A stretch of 39,975 nucleotides of DNA from a virus (Duplodnaviria > Caudoviricetes). This document shows positions 17,216-25,775 of the stretch, piece by piece. Where the stretch lies: positions 1-39,975 of IMG/VR virus record IMGVR_UViG_3300023081_001712. One strand, given 5' to 3'. Made by a program: the position numbers and the translations under genes. Below the pieces are notes generated by a model. That model was not told the DNA's origin. It saw only the letters and a program-made list of their open reading frames with translations, and did not search any database. Position 1 is the stretch's first letter. The number at the start of each line of letters is the position of its first letter.

Positions 17216-17781
17216 CCACAGAAAATATTTTTTCAGTTCCATTGTATATTTCTGATGTGACTAACGAGGAAAAAGAAAAAATAAAATCTGCAATCTTAAA
17301 TCACGATTTCATTTTTATAAAAGGTACAGAACAGGGAGCTGATAGCGATTCTCTTGGAACTGATCAAGATGAAAACTTTTTTAAGTCAGGTGATTTTGAG
17401 TTTTTTGAAATGGTTGTGAGAAAACATTTAAGCAACTATCTAAAAAGCGTAGATAGTGAAATATTAGATTTTGATATTGATGTGGCATGGGTGAATAAAA
17501 CGCCAAAAGGAATGAATATACAAACTCATAATCACAGAGATGTAGATATATCATGTGTATACTATGTGCAAACAAACGGTGACGACGGAGATCTTGTTTT
17601 GTATAGTCCCAATCCTGCACTTGATACATCAAGATGGATAGGTAAAGGGAGCCAAGTTAGAATAAAACCCAAAGAAGGACAACTGATATTTTTTCCTTCT
17701 TGGTTATTGCATTCAACAACGCTAAATAACACTAACAACGAAAGAATAAGTGTTGCAATAGATTTTATGGAAACAAAATAA
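17212..17781 (+). CDS. 2OG-Fe(II) oxygenase-like protein (TIGR02466-type)
   Basis: WVN, HNH, SCVYY, P.EG.LIFFPSWLLH and RISVA. Confidence 0.85.
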   Translation: MTTENIFSVPLYISDVTNEEKEKIKSAILNHDFIFIKGTEQGADSDSLGTDQDENFFKSGDFEFFEMVVRKHLSNYLKSVDSEILDFDIDVAWVNKTPKGMNIQTHNHRDVDISCVYYVQTNGDDGDLVLYSPNPALDTSRWIGKGSQVRIKPKEGQLIFFPSWLLHSTTLNNTNNERISVAIDFMETK

Positions 17782-18131
17782 TGAGACCTACACAAACTGA
17801 CACATACAATCTTACTCCAGTTCCATCAAGCAGTAAAGCGTATGAAAAACAGCTTGTGCGTCATGCTAAAGAATGGGATACAACCTACAATCTAGCAAGT
17901 ACATTCAACTGTTCACATTGTAAAAAATGGACACAAAAAGATAAATCGTCTACAAATGTAAAAACACCTCCTACTAATATCGATTTAAACTATAATGGAT
18001 ATTGTAATGTCTTAAAACAAGATACACAGGGTATGCAAGTCTGTAACTTGTTTATGGCAAATCACTTGATAAAGATACCTGACAACGATAAAAGACCTGA
18101 AAATGCTTGGGGTCCAAAGGACAACAGATGA
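17781..18131 (+). CDS. Small 4-Cys protein (HiPIP-like Cys spacing)
   Basis: CSHC...GYC...VC.LF. Confidence 0.45.
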   Translation: MRPTQTDTYNLTPVPSSSKAYEKQLVRHAKEWDTTYNLASTFNCSHCKKWTQKDKSSTNVKTPPTNIDLNYNGYCNVLKQDTQGMQVCNLFMANHLIKIPDNDKRPENAWGPKDNR

Positions 18132-18769
18132 AACTGGTTAACCTTTATCCAGAGTTTGCTGAAAATCCTTATCTCACTAAACCTATTGAACGACTTAAAG
18201 TTGAGACATTACCATTCAAAGATTTTGACAAAGATGGTTATGAAGTTCCTACTCCTCTTGAATATCTACATTACGAAATAAATGACGTAGAAATAAATAG
18301 AGAAATACAGTATCACATTGCACCTGCACAAGAATGGTACACAGATATTGAACAAAGCGAACACGGACTTGTACTAGATCATTGCATGTTGTTAACTCGT
18401 TATGCATTTGCAGGAGAAGCAAGAGAGCAGCTAGAAGAAGTAAAACAAAATCGTCCTATACTACAAAAACTATTAAATATCAAACCTAAATGGGGTATTG
18501 ACTTTTCCTTAGACTATGTAACACACGACATAGTAATGGAAGTAATACACATAGAACAAGATTTTGATAATATAGACGAAGCACAAGCTGCAAAGGAACG
18601 TCTTGAAAGTATAATAGATAACACAGACTGGTTTGACGGAGCAATGCGTCTATATCAGCGCAAAGACGAATGGATCAATCTTTCGAGCGACGATCATTCA
18701 GATTACAAAGCACAGTTTTTTGGTTGGCACAGAGCTTTTGACAACAAAAAAGTTTTCAACATAGCGTAA
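18128..18769 (+). CDS. Hypothetical phage protein
   Basis: ATGA overlap at 18128. Contains FDKDGYE and KPKWGIDFSLDY segments; function not recognised. Confidence 0.7.
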   Translation: MKLVNLYPEFAENPYLTKPIERLKVETLPFKDFDKDGYEVPTPLEYLHYEINDVEINREIQYHIAPAQEWYTDIEQSEHGLVLDHCMLLTRYAFAGEAREQLEEVKQNRPILQKLLNIKPKWGIDFSLDYVTHDIVMEVIHIEQDFDNIDEAQAAKERLESIIDNTDWFDGAMRLYQRKDEWINLSSDDHSDYKAQFFGWHRAFDNKKVFNIA

Positions 18770-18785
18770 CCTTGTTAAATACCTT

Positions 18786-19883
18786 ATGTTTTATTATCCA
18801 TACGAGCAAAGTTTTCTTCAACGACTGAATGGAAAAATTAGCAAATCTCCCACATTAGAGCATATGGTTAGCAACCTGCACTTGCCAGAGTTTTTAAGCA
18901 AGTTGTGCATAGAGTCAAGCAATATCATTCTCGATGATTTAAAACATATTTCAAATGAAACTGTTTATTATTTTTGTCCAACAGAACCTTTGCCCTTTGT
19001 TACACCTGACTTTATGGAACAGGCAAATAAGTTGTGCAAAACAAATAACAATCATTTTTATATAGTACATAACAATCTACTTGATGATTTGGAAAACTAT
19101 TATGGTACATTTTCACATATACATTTTATCAACAACATGATATTGAATGTCGGTAGAGCATATGTGGAAAGTTTGCAGTATATCAAAATGGATAAAACAT
19201 ATGATTTTGATAAGGCTTACATAAATCTCAACAACAAAGGTAGATACAATCGGTATTTGCTTATTGACGAGATTTACAAACACGGTTTGGAATCACACGG
19301 TTACATCAGTTGGGATAGCAAACAATCAAGAGAAGACTTGTTGCACTACAGCATTGACTACAAGTTACAATACTTTAACGGCAAAAGAATACAACTAGAT
19401 AATAATATCAACTATTTAGACGAATCTATAAACTCAAGAGGATTGATAAACATTTGCAGTGAGGTTCAAGAGTATTGGTTTTATGTAAAAAATATCAGTG
19501 AAAAAACCATGTATGCATTGATGACAGAAAAACCGTTTGTAGTTATAGGAGGACAAAATAATAACACTGTGTACAAGGACTACGGATTTGAAATATATGA
19601 TGAACTATTTGATTACACATTTGATGCAAATGATAGTTTGGAACAAAGGATAAAAGGTGTAGTTCAAAATCTAAAATATATTTCACAACAAGATTACAAC
19701 AAACTGTACAACAGTGTGCGTGACAAAACCATACATAATAAAAAACAGTTTTTGCAACTAGTGCAAAAACAGCTGGAATACAGCAAAGACTTGATTTCAC
19801 TGTTGAGCAAGGATAGCGATCATCCTGATATGATCAAACACAAAGGATACTACAATGGCGTCATTCAGTTACTGGAGAACTAA
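18786..19883 (+). CDS. GT10-like 'TEK' family protein, paralogue 3
   Basis: R.NR.LLI, INICSE...ISEKT...KPF...GFEIYDELFDYTFD...R and HN. Confidence 0.6.
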   Translation: MFYYPYEQSFLQRLNGKISKSPTLEHMVSNLHLPEFLSKLCIESSNIILDDLKHISNETVYYFCPTEPLPFVTPDFMEQANKLCKTNNNHFYIVHNNLLDDLENYYGTFSHIHFINNMILNVGRAYVESLQYIKMDKTYDFDKAYINLNNKGRYNRYLLIDEIYKHGLESHGYISWDSKQSREDLLHYSIDYKLQYFNGKRIQLDNNINYLDESINSRGLINICSEVQEYWFYVKNISEKTMYALMTEKPFVVIGGQNNNTVYKDYGFEIYDELFDYTFDANDSLEQRIKGVVQNLKYISQQDYNKLYNSVRDKTIHNKKQFLQLVQKQLEYSKDLISLLSKDSDHPDMIKHKGYYNGVIQLLEN

Positions 19884-21027
19884 AAGGTATCTCGACAGTG
19901 TAGGTGAAGGCTTTTGCTTGGAAAAATGGCACAGCAATACTGTGCATTTAGGCACAGGTACAGAGCACGGCTGTCATCATGTAGCGCCTGTCAAAATACC
20001 GCTAGAAGAAATCAAAAACAATCCTTATGCATTATTCAACCACTCTCATAAAAGACAAGTCCGTCAAGAAATGCTACAAGGTAAAAAACCAGACGAATGT
20101 GCATACTGTTGGAGAGCAACAAAAACACAAGATAGGGTGCTACAAAGCAGCAAGTATTACAACTGGGAAAACAGAGATCAGGCCACCGGCGAATACAGTT
20201 TGCCCAAATATCTAGAAGTGAGTTTAGGAAACACTTGCAATCTAGCATGTGCATACTGCGGTCCTAGTTTCAGCAGCAAATGGGCAAGCGAAATAAAACA
20301 ACATGGAAATCTGCATCATATAGGTTATGTACCAACTATTACCAAAGATAATCCTTATAAAAAAGCGTTTATGGAGATATGGCCTAACTTACATCCTGGA
20401 TTAGAAGAGTTGAGATTCACTGGTGGCGAACCTTTGCTGTATCATGAAATATTTGATCTCATAAAAGATGTTAATGAAAAATGTGATGTTATCATTAACA
20501 CAGGATTGGGAGTTCCAAAAGATTTACTGGAAAAGTTTTTAGAGAAATCCTCACATATTGACACAGTGATATTTGCTATCAGTGGAGAGAGTGCAGGTGC
20601 TCAAGCGGAGTACACTAGACACGGTATCAACTACAACGACTTTTTGAAAAATGTTGAGTTGATATCAAAACAGCACAATGCTGATATAGAACTGATGACG
20701 GTTTACAATGCACTGTGTCTAGAATCATACACTGATTATATTTCAGATATGCAAAACATTGCCAAAGTAGATATAGGTGTAAGTGAACTCACTACACCCA
20801 GTTTCTTACATCACAGTCTGTTTGATGTAAATAAACAGCATCATTTAGATTTTTTAAAAAAGCACAACTCTAAAGCACACAGTCAGCTGGAAAGTATCTT
20901 GACAAAAGAACAAAAATATGATATAGTAGTTGAGCGTGAAAATTTTAAAAGATTTGTGAATGCTTACGATCAGCGTAGAAACACAGATTTTACACAAACA
21001 TTTAAAGTATTAGGAGAACTTATATGA
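19855..21027 (+). CDS. Radical SAM protein
   Basis: CNLACAYC, SSKW, TGGEP and N-terminal C..KW...CHH...C.YC. Confidence 0.9.
   Translation: MASFSYWRTKRYLDSVGEGFCLEKWHSNTVHLGTGTEHGCHHVAPVKIPLEEIKNNPYALFNHSHKRQVRQEMLQGKKPDECAYCWRATKTQDRVLQSSKYYNWENRDQATGEYSLPKYLEVSLGNTCNLACAYCGPSFSSKWASEIKQHGNLHHIGYVPTITKDNPYKKAFMEIWPNLHPGLEELRFTGGEPLLYHEIFDLIKDVNEKCDVIINTGLGVPKDLLEKFLEKSSHIDTVIFAISGESAGAQAEYTRHGINYNDFLKNVELISKQHNADIELMTVYNALCLESYTDYISDMQNIAKVDIGVSELTTPSFLHHSLFDVNKQHHLDFLKKHNSKAHSQLESILTKEQKYDIVVERENFKRFVNAYDQRRNTDFTQTFKVLGELI
20899..20927 (+). promoter_or_regulatory. Sigma70-type promoter upstream of dsbA-like gene
   Basis: TTGACA-17-TATAGT with a TG extension. Confidence 0.6.
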
Positions 21028-21290
21028 GCGACAGAGTTTATGGCACAGAAGAAAAAGCAAAACTAGAGAGACTTATTCGCGAAGGAGTTACAGTCCAACA
21101 GGAGATTGAAGATTTGCAAGGTGGCTTAAAAGAAACTATTAAAGCAGTTGCCGAAGAACTCAATGTAAAACCCAGTCTTATTAACAAAGCAATCCGTGTT
21201 GCTAAAAACCGTGATTGGGGACGCCATCAAGACGAGTTTGAAGATTTGGAAACCATTGTTGCTATCACAGGTTACGACAAAGACGCATAA
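21024..21290 (+). CDS. T4 DsbA/GapR-like double-stranded DNA-binding protein
   Basis: 88-aa helical protein (EIEDLQ..LKETIKAVAEELNVKP.LINKAIRVA) with SD AGGAG. Confidence 0.65.
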   Translation: MSDRVYGTEEKAKLERLIREGVTVQQEIEDLQGGLKETIKAVAEELNVKPSLINKAIRVAKNRDWGRHQDEFEDLETIVAITGYDKDA

Positions 21291-22306
21291 TGCATCTAGT
21301 TACTGCTCCAGACAAATATGGAAAACATAATCCTTCATTTGAAGAGATTATGGTATTAAATCCTGATAATTTGCATTTTTTAGAATGGTGCGAAGAAGGT
21401 GAGGATATTGAAACTGTACTTGAATATGCTAGTCCTCAAGTTGAAGACTATATTAGAAGACTGATAGAAGAAGATAGATTTCACTATCATTGCAATGCAT
21501 TAAATGATGGCGTGCAAAAGCAATCGTACCACAAAGTCTGGGCTAACAGTGATTTGTTTTTTGCATGGCAGACGCCTGTAAAAACAAATGTTAATGCTAA
21601 AAAACTTTTCCACTGTCAAGCATATGTCACCAAGTATCACAGAGATCTGTTTTTTGATGCAGTTTACAAAACAAAACTAGACAAAGTAGCAACACTTGCA
21701 TATAGCCAAGTTCAATACGAAGGCATTGAAAAATATGCAGACTATGTGCGCAAAGAATATGTGTGGCAAGAAAAATACAAACAGTATTACACAGCATTTG
21801 AAGGACATGATGCCGATTTAGTGCATGATGAAAAAAGCAATCCTGCACCACCGCTAGAAGTATGGAATCAAAGTGCTGTAAATATCGTGCCAGAAACATT
21901 TTATCACCGCATAGGTATTACAGAAAAAACTTATCATTGCATGTTGTTTGAAAAACCTTTTCTAATGCTTAACGGACAACATAGTCACAAGTATTTGCAA
22001 ATAGAAGATTACAAACTGTATGACGATGTGTTCGATTATTCATTTGATAGCAAAGACAAAATAGAAGATAGAGTTTTCGATATAGTAGAGCAGCTGAAAG
22101 ATTTACAAAACAATGACTATGCTAACCTTTATAAAAGTTTGTATGAAACTGTGCTACACAACAAGAAAACCTACATTAGGCATTTGCTAGAAGAACCATT
22201 GCCCGAACTGTTTGAATACAAGAATGCTGTGTTTACACCTGAAGCAGATAAGATAATGCAAGGCATTCTCAAGGCAAAAAAACAAGCAGCAGATATTAAA
22301 ATTTAA
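21290..22306 (+). CDS. GT10-like 'TEK' family protein, paralogue 4
   Basis: YHRD, NPAPP..W, NIVPET...ITEKT...KPF and YDDVFDYSFD. Confidence 0.6.
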   Translation: MHLVTAPDKYGKHNPSFEEIMVLNPDNLHFLEWCEEGEDIETVLEYASPQVEDYIRRLIEEDRFHYHCNALNDGVQKQSYHKVWANSDLFFAWQTPVKTNVNAKKLFHCQAYVTKYHRDLFFDAVYKTKLDKVATLAYSQVQYEGIEKYADYVRKEYVWQEKYKQYYTAFEGHDADLVHDEKSNPAPPLEVWNQSAVNIVPETFYHRIGITEKTYHCMLFEKPFLMLNGQHSHKYLQIEDYKLYDDVFDYSFDSKDKIEDRVFDIVEQLKDLQNNDYANLYKSLYETVLHNKKTYIRHLLEEPLPELFEYKNAVFTPEADKIMQGILKAKKQAADIKI

Positions 22307-23159
22307 TCTTTTTTGTAGCCATTGGAAATATAGGATGTGTGTCATCACAGCCAGGACACAACGTGCATTGAGGAATAGGCCGATTGTGATTAGCAAAAAA
22401 TGCATCAAGTTCTTGTTTTGTACTGAAAGGATCGCCTGCACGATATTGTTTTAATAAATCTACAGCTCGTGGTTCGATGCTAAACTGTAAAAACAAGTCA
22501 TCTTTTAATGCAGTCAAATGACATTGGTATAGTTTACCTTTGTGAAAAAAGTTACAGGGTTCATCTTCTCCAATGCACAACTGATAAGCATCATTTATGT
22601 TGCTGTGATGCAAATACCAAGTTTTATCCTGTATATGGTCAATAGCATTTTTTATAAAATAATAAGTGGTTTCTAAAACTGCCAGTCGCTGTCGTGTTTT
22701 CCTATCATAGTACTCAATGCCTTCATCAACTTTGACTGTTTTATATTTGCGATCTTTGATTATTTCGTGTAAGTTGTGTTTTATTTCATCATACATGGCA
22801 GGATCATGTACACAAATATTTAGATAGTATCCAGTGTCTATTATCTGCCGAGCAAGGTCGGCTTTGGTGCCTAATAAAGTTCCGTTAGTAGCAACATAGT
22901 GTTCTTCTGCATCCGGCCAAAGTTTTTTCAGTTCTAGAACCCATGTCATAATATCAGGATTTGTAAATGGTTCTCCGCCATGCACTGTGACTATTTCAAT
23001 GTCAACAAGTTCACTCCACTTGGTGTAATAATCTGCATAGTCTGCAAACTTGACATGTCCTCTAAAGTTGTAGTTGTTGAAACTTTCACACCCATCACAG
23101 GTTAGATTACAAGTATTGGTAATATTGAACGCTGCATCTTCTATCACATGCTTTCTCAT
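22296..23159 (-). CDS. Radical SAM protein (only minus-strand gene)
   Basis: CNLTCDGC, GGEP, ATNG and C-terminal Cys residues (C, C, C, CTLC). Confidence 0.9.
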   Translation of the reverse strand: MRKHVIEDAAFNITNTCNLTCDGCESFNNYNFRGHVKFADYADYYTKWSELVDIEIVTVHGGEPFTNPDIMTWVLELKKLWPDAEEHYVATNGTLLGTKADLARQIIDTGYYLNICVHDPAMYDEIKHNLHEIIKDRKYKTVKVDEGIEYYDRKTRQRLAVLETTYYFIKNAIDHIQDKTWYLHHSNINDAYQLCIGEDEPCNFFHKGKLYQCHLTALKDDLFLQFSIEPRAVDLLKQYRAGDPFSTKQELDAFFANHNRPIPQCTLCPGCDDTHPIFPMATKKIKF

Positions 23160-23199
23160 AACATATTTATATACACACTCGATGGACTAAATATTTTCC
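23160..23199. promoter_or_regulatory. Back-to-back late-promoter-like boxes
   Basis: On the minus strand, TATAAATA (23164-23171) lies 4 nt from ATG 23159. On the plus strand, TAAATA (23188-23193) lies 6 nt from ATG 23200. Confidence 0.65.
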
Positions 23200-24195
23200 A
23201 TGCATTATGTTGTTACATTAGATAATATAAACGATCCAACAGGGTTAGACACAGATGTTCCCGACGATGCCACACATTTGCATTTTTTGTATTGGGAAGA
23301 AGAAGCCCATACAAAGCAAGAAATGCTGTATTTCATCAGTGGCAATGCAAAAAAACTTGTACAAAAAAATGCATACACATATCACTGCAATATACTAGGC
23401 CCAAAACACATCGAAAACACTGCCAACTATCAAGCATGGCCTGATTACGATTTGATATTGGCATTTCAAAAGCCTAGAAAAATCAAGCACGATATTGTAT
23501 ATAAGTTTTGTTGTATGCAAAACAGTTTGGGATATCATAGAGATTACATATGTGATAAACTATATGGCAAAGACGGTTTGTTATCATACAATGAACTCAA
23601 CAGCGATGAAGGATACCTATACGAAAAGTATTTAGAAGACTGCAAACGCTATCCGCTGTGCGAGAAAAAATGGCAAGGACAAATACCAAAGTTTTTACCA
23701 TGGAGCGATCACGACAAAGATTTTGTCGTAGAATATGCAGACAATCCGCCTCCACCTTTGGACTATTGGGAAAAGTGTTTGATTAATATTGTAACTGAAA
23801 GCTATTTTGATATACTTGATATCACAGAAAAATCATTCAGCAGCGTTATACACGGTAGACCAACTGTGATTGTTGGTGCTGAAAATGTTAATAAATATCT
23901 TTTTGATACATATGGACTTGAACCGTTGCCTGGCATAGATTACAACTTCGATGCATATGAAAATCTCACAGACAGAATAGACGATTTGTGCGAACAGATA
24001 ATCCACAAAGATTTTGACGAACAAAAAATGCTAAAAACAGCAAAATATAATCAACAAGCATTGATAAAATATATTGCCAATATGCCACTTCCGCAAGTGC
24101 TTGATAGTGCAGCAGTGTTCAGTGAAAACAGTGAAAAAATTAAACAGCGTATTCGCAAAATACAACACTTGACAAAAAATCTTGTCAGTGTATAA
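23200..24195 (+). CDS. GT10-like 'TEK' family protein, paralogue 5
   Basis: FCCMQNSLGYHRDY, DNPPPP and NIVTESYFD..ITEKS. Confidence 0.6.
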   Translation: MHYVVTLDNINDPTGLDTDVPDDATHLHFLYWEEEAHTKQEMLYFISGNAKKLVQKNAYTYHCNILGPKHIENTANYQAWPDYDLILAFQKPRKIKHDIVYKFCCMQNSLGYHRDYICDKLYGKDGLLSYNELNSDEGYLYEKYLEDCKRYPLCEKKWQGQIPKFLPWSDHDKDFVVEYADNPPPPLDYWEKCLINIVTESYFDILDITEKSFSSVIHGRPTVIVGAENVNKYLFDTYGLEPLPGIDYNFDAYENLTDRIDDLCEQIIHKDFDEQKMLKTAKYNQQALIKYIANMPLPQVLDSAAVFSENSEKIKQRIRKIQHLTKNLVSV

Positions 24196-24196
24196 T
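24169..24196 (+). promoter_or_regulatory. Sigma70-type promoter with inverted repeat over -35/spacer
   Basis: TTGACA-16-TATAAT containing a TGACAA-N5-TTGTCA dyad, followed by SD AAGGAG. Confidence 0.65.
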
Positions 24197-24215
24197 AAAC
24201 TTAAAAGGAGAAATC

Positions 24216-24719
24216 ATGATTCAAACCAAAGTGCCAGTTTGTTGGCAAGACCAAAACTTTTACAGTTTACCATATGAGAGTGCAGGCGGATATGGGCAAG
24301 ATGAGTACATCATGTATGGACATGATAACTACAAAGCTATTATTAATAATGATGTTGTTGTAGGCAAAAAAGAAGACATGCCAGATTTCATTTATCAGGT
24401 TATTGAAGACTTGCCTGATCACGATCATTACGAAGTGGCATTTTACAGAACACCTCCTGCAAACATTTTGCCCGTCCACAAAGACATGTATGCCAAGTTT
24501 ATGGTAATGCATGATATTAAAGATGTTGATCAAATCACACGATACATTGTGTTTTTGGAAGATGCAAAACTAGGACACATGTTTCAGATTGAAAAAACTG
24601 TTTTTGCAGACTGGAAACGGGGCGATGTTATTGGATGGAAAGGCAGCACACCACACGCAGCGTACAACATGGGTATTGAACACAGATATACACTACAGGT
24701 TACAGCATATGACAGATAA
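24216..24719 (+). CDS. Cupin/2OG-Fe(II) oxygenase-like protein
   Basis: LPVHKD, R..VFLED, W..GD and PH.A.N.G...RYTLQVT. Confidence 0.7.
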   Translation: MIQTKVPVCWQDQNFYSLPYESAGGYGQDEYIMYGHDNYKAIINNDVVVGKKEDMPDFIYQVIEDLPDHDHYEVAFYRTPPANILPVHKDMYAKFMVMHDIKDVDQITRYIVFLEDAKLGHMFQIEKTVFADWKRGDVIGWKGSTPHAAYNMGIEHRYTLQVTAYDR

Positions 24720-25743
24720 AGTTGTTGTAGGGTTAGACCAAAATCAAGAACTAGAAGCAGATATTGTAAAACTATGTTACACAAACAACGAAGTTAATGT
24801 TCTTAACTATATGGAAGAAGGTTACAGTAAAGACGATATCATAGAACTTGTTGACAATGATACTTTCACTGATTTTGTTGAAAACTACACATTCAAACTG
24901 CATTGCACTCATTTGGATCCTTACACCGATAAAGAAGATATCCACGAAGAGTTTCCGGGCTATATGATGCTTACAGGTATACAACCTTTAAAGTATGAAA
25001 AAAATATTGAAAAGTTTTTTTGTTGTCAAAATCTAAGTTTGGGATATCATAGAGATTACCTTTTAGATAAACTATGGGATGCAGACTTGTTTAAAGATGG
25101 ATATATCAGTTATTGGCAAGCAAAACAAGGCGATGACGACGATAACTTGTATGCAAAATATTTAAATGACATAAAAAATAAAACACTGCATCGTAAATGG
25201 CAAGATCAAATATATAAATGGTTTGATTATGAAGAATACGAAGACAGATTAGTTTATGATTATTGGGACAATCCTCCGCCACCGCATAAGACATGGAACG
25301 CAACTGTATTTAACATAGTAACTGAGAGCTATTTTGATGTTCCAACACATAACACAAAATATCTAAGCGAAAAAACATATAGTTGTCTATTTCAAGCACA
25401 ACCATTTGTACTAGTAGGATGTCAGCATCAACACAAATATCTGCAGGATGCTGGATTTTTATTATATGATGATGTTTTTGATTATAGTTTTGATGCATTA
25501 CCCACAATAGAACAAAGAATTGATGCATTAGTTGATCAAATAAAAAATCTAAATAACACTTGGGCACTGCAAAAACGACTTGAAGAAAGAGCATTTAAAA
25601 ATCAAGAGATTATTTTTAAAAAAATACAAAATATGGAACTTCCAGACATATTGTTCAGCAATGAGCACAGGTTTTTACCATATGCAAAAAAGCACAGAGA
25701 TGATATTTTCTATGCTAAAACATTTGTAGACAAATATGTGTAA
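24709..25743 (+). CDS. GT10-like 'TEK' family protein, paralogue 6
   Basis: FCCQNLSLGYHRDY, DNPPPP and NIVTESYFD...LSEKT...QPF...YDDVFDYSFD. Confidence 0.6.
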   Translation: MTDKVVVGLDQNQELEADIVKLCYTNNEVNVLNYMEEGYSKDDIIELVDNDTFTDFVENYTFKLHCTHLDPYTDKEDIHEEFPGYMMLTGIQPLKYEKNIEKFFCCQNLSLGYHRDYLLDKLWDADLFKDGYISYWQAKQGDDDDNLYAKYLNDIKNKTLHRKWQDQIYKWFDYEEYEDRLVYDYWDNPPPPHKTWNATVFNIVTESYFDVPTHNTKYLSEKTYSCLFQAQPFVLVGCQHQHKYLQDAGFLLYDDVFDYSFDALPTIEQRIDALVDQIKNLNNTWALQKRLEERAFKNQEIIFKKIQNMELPDILFSNEHRFLPYAKKHRDDIFYAKTFVDKYV

Positions 25744-25755
25744 CTGTGTTAAAAT
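25727..25755 (+). promoter_or_regulatory. Sigma70-type promoter for DNA polymerase
   Basis: TAGACA-17-TAAAAT with a TG extension, followed by SD AGGAG. Confidence 0.6.
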
Positions 25756-25775
25756 AAGTTTTATTAGGAGAGTCC

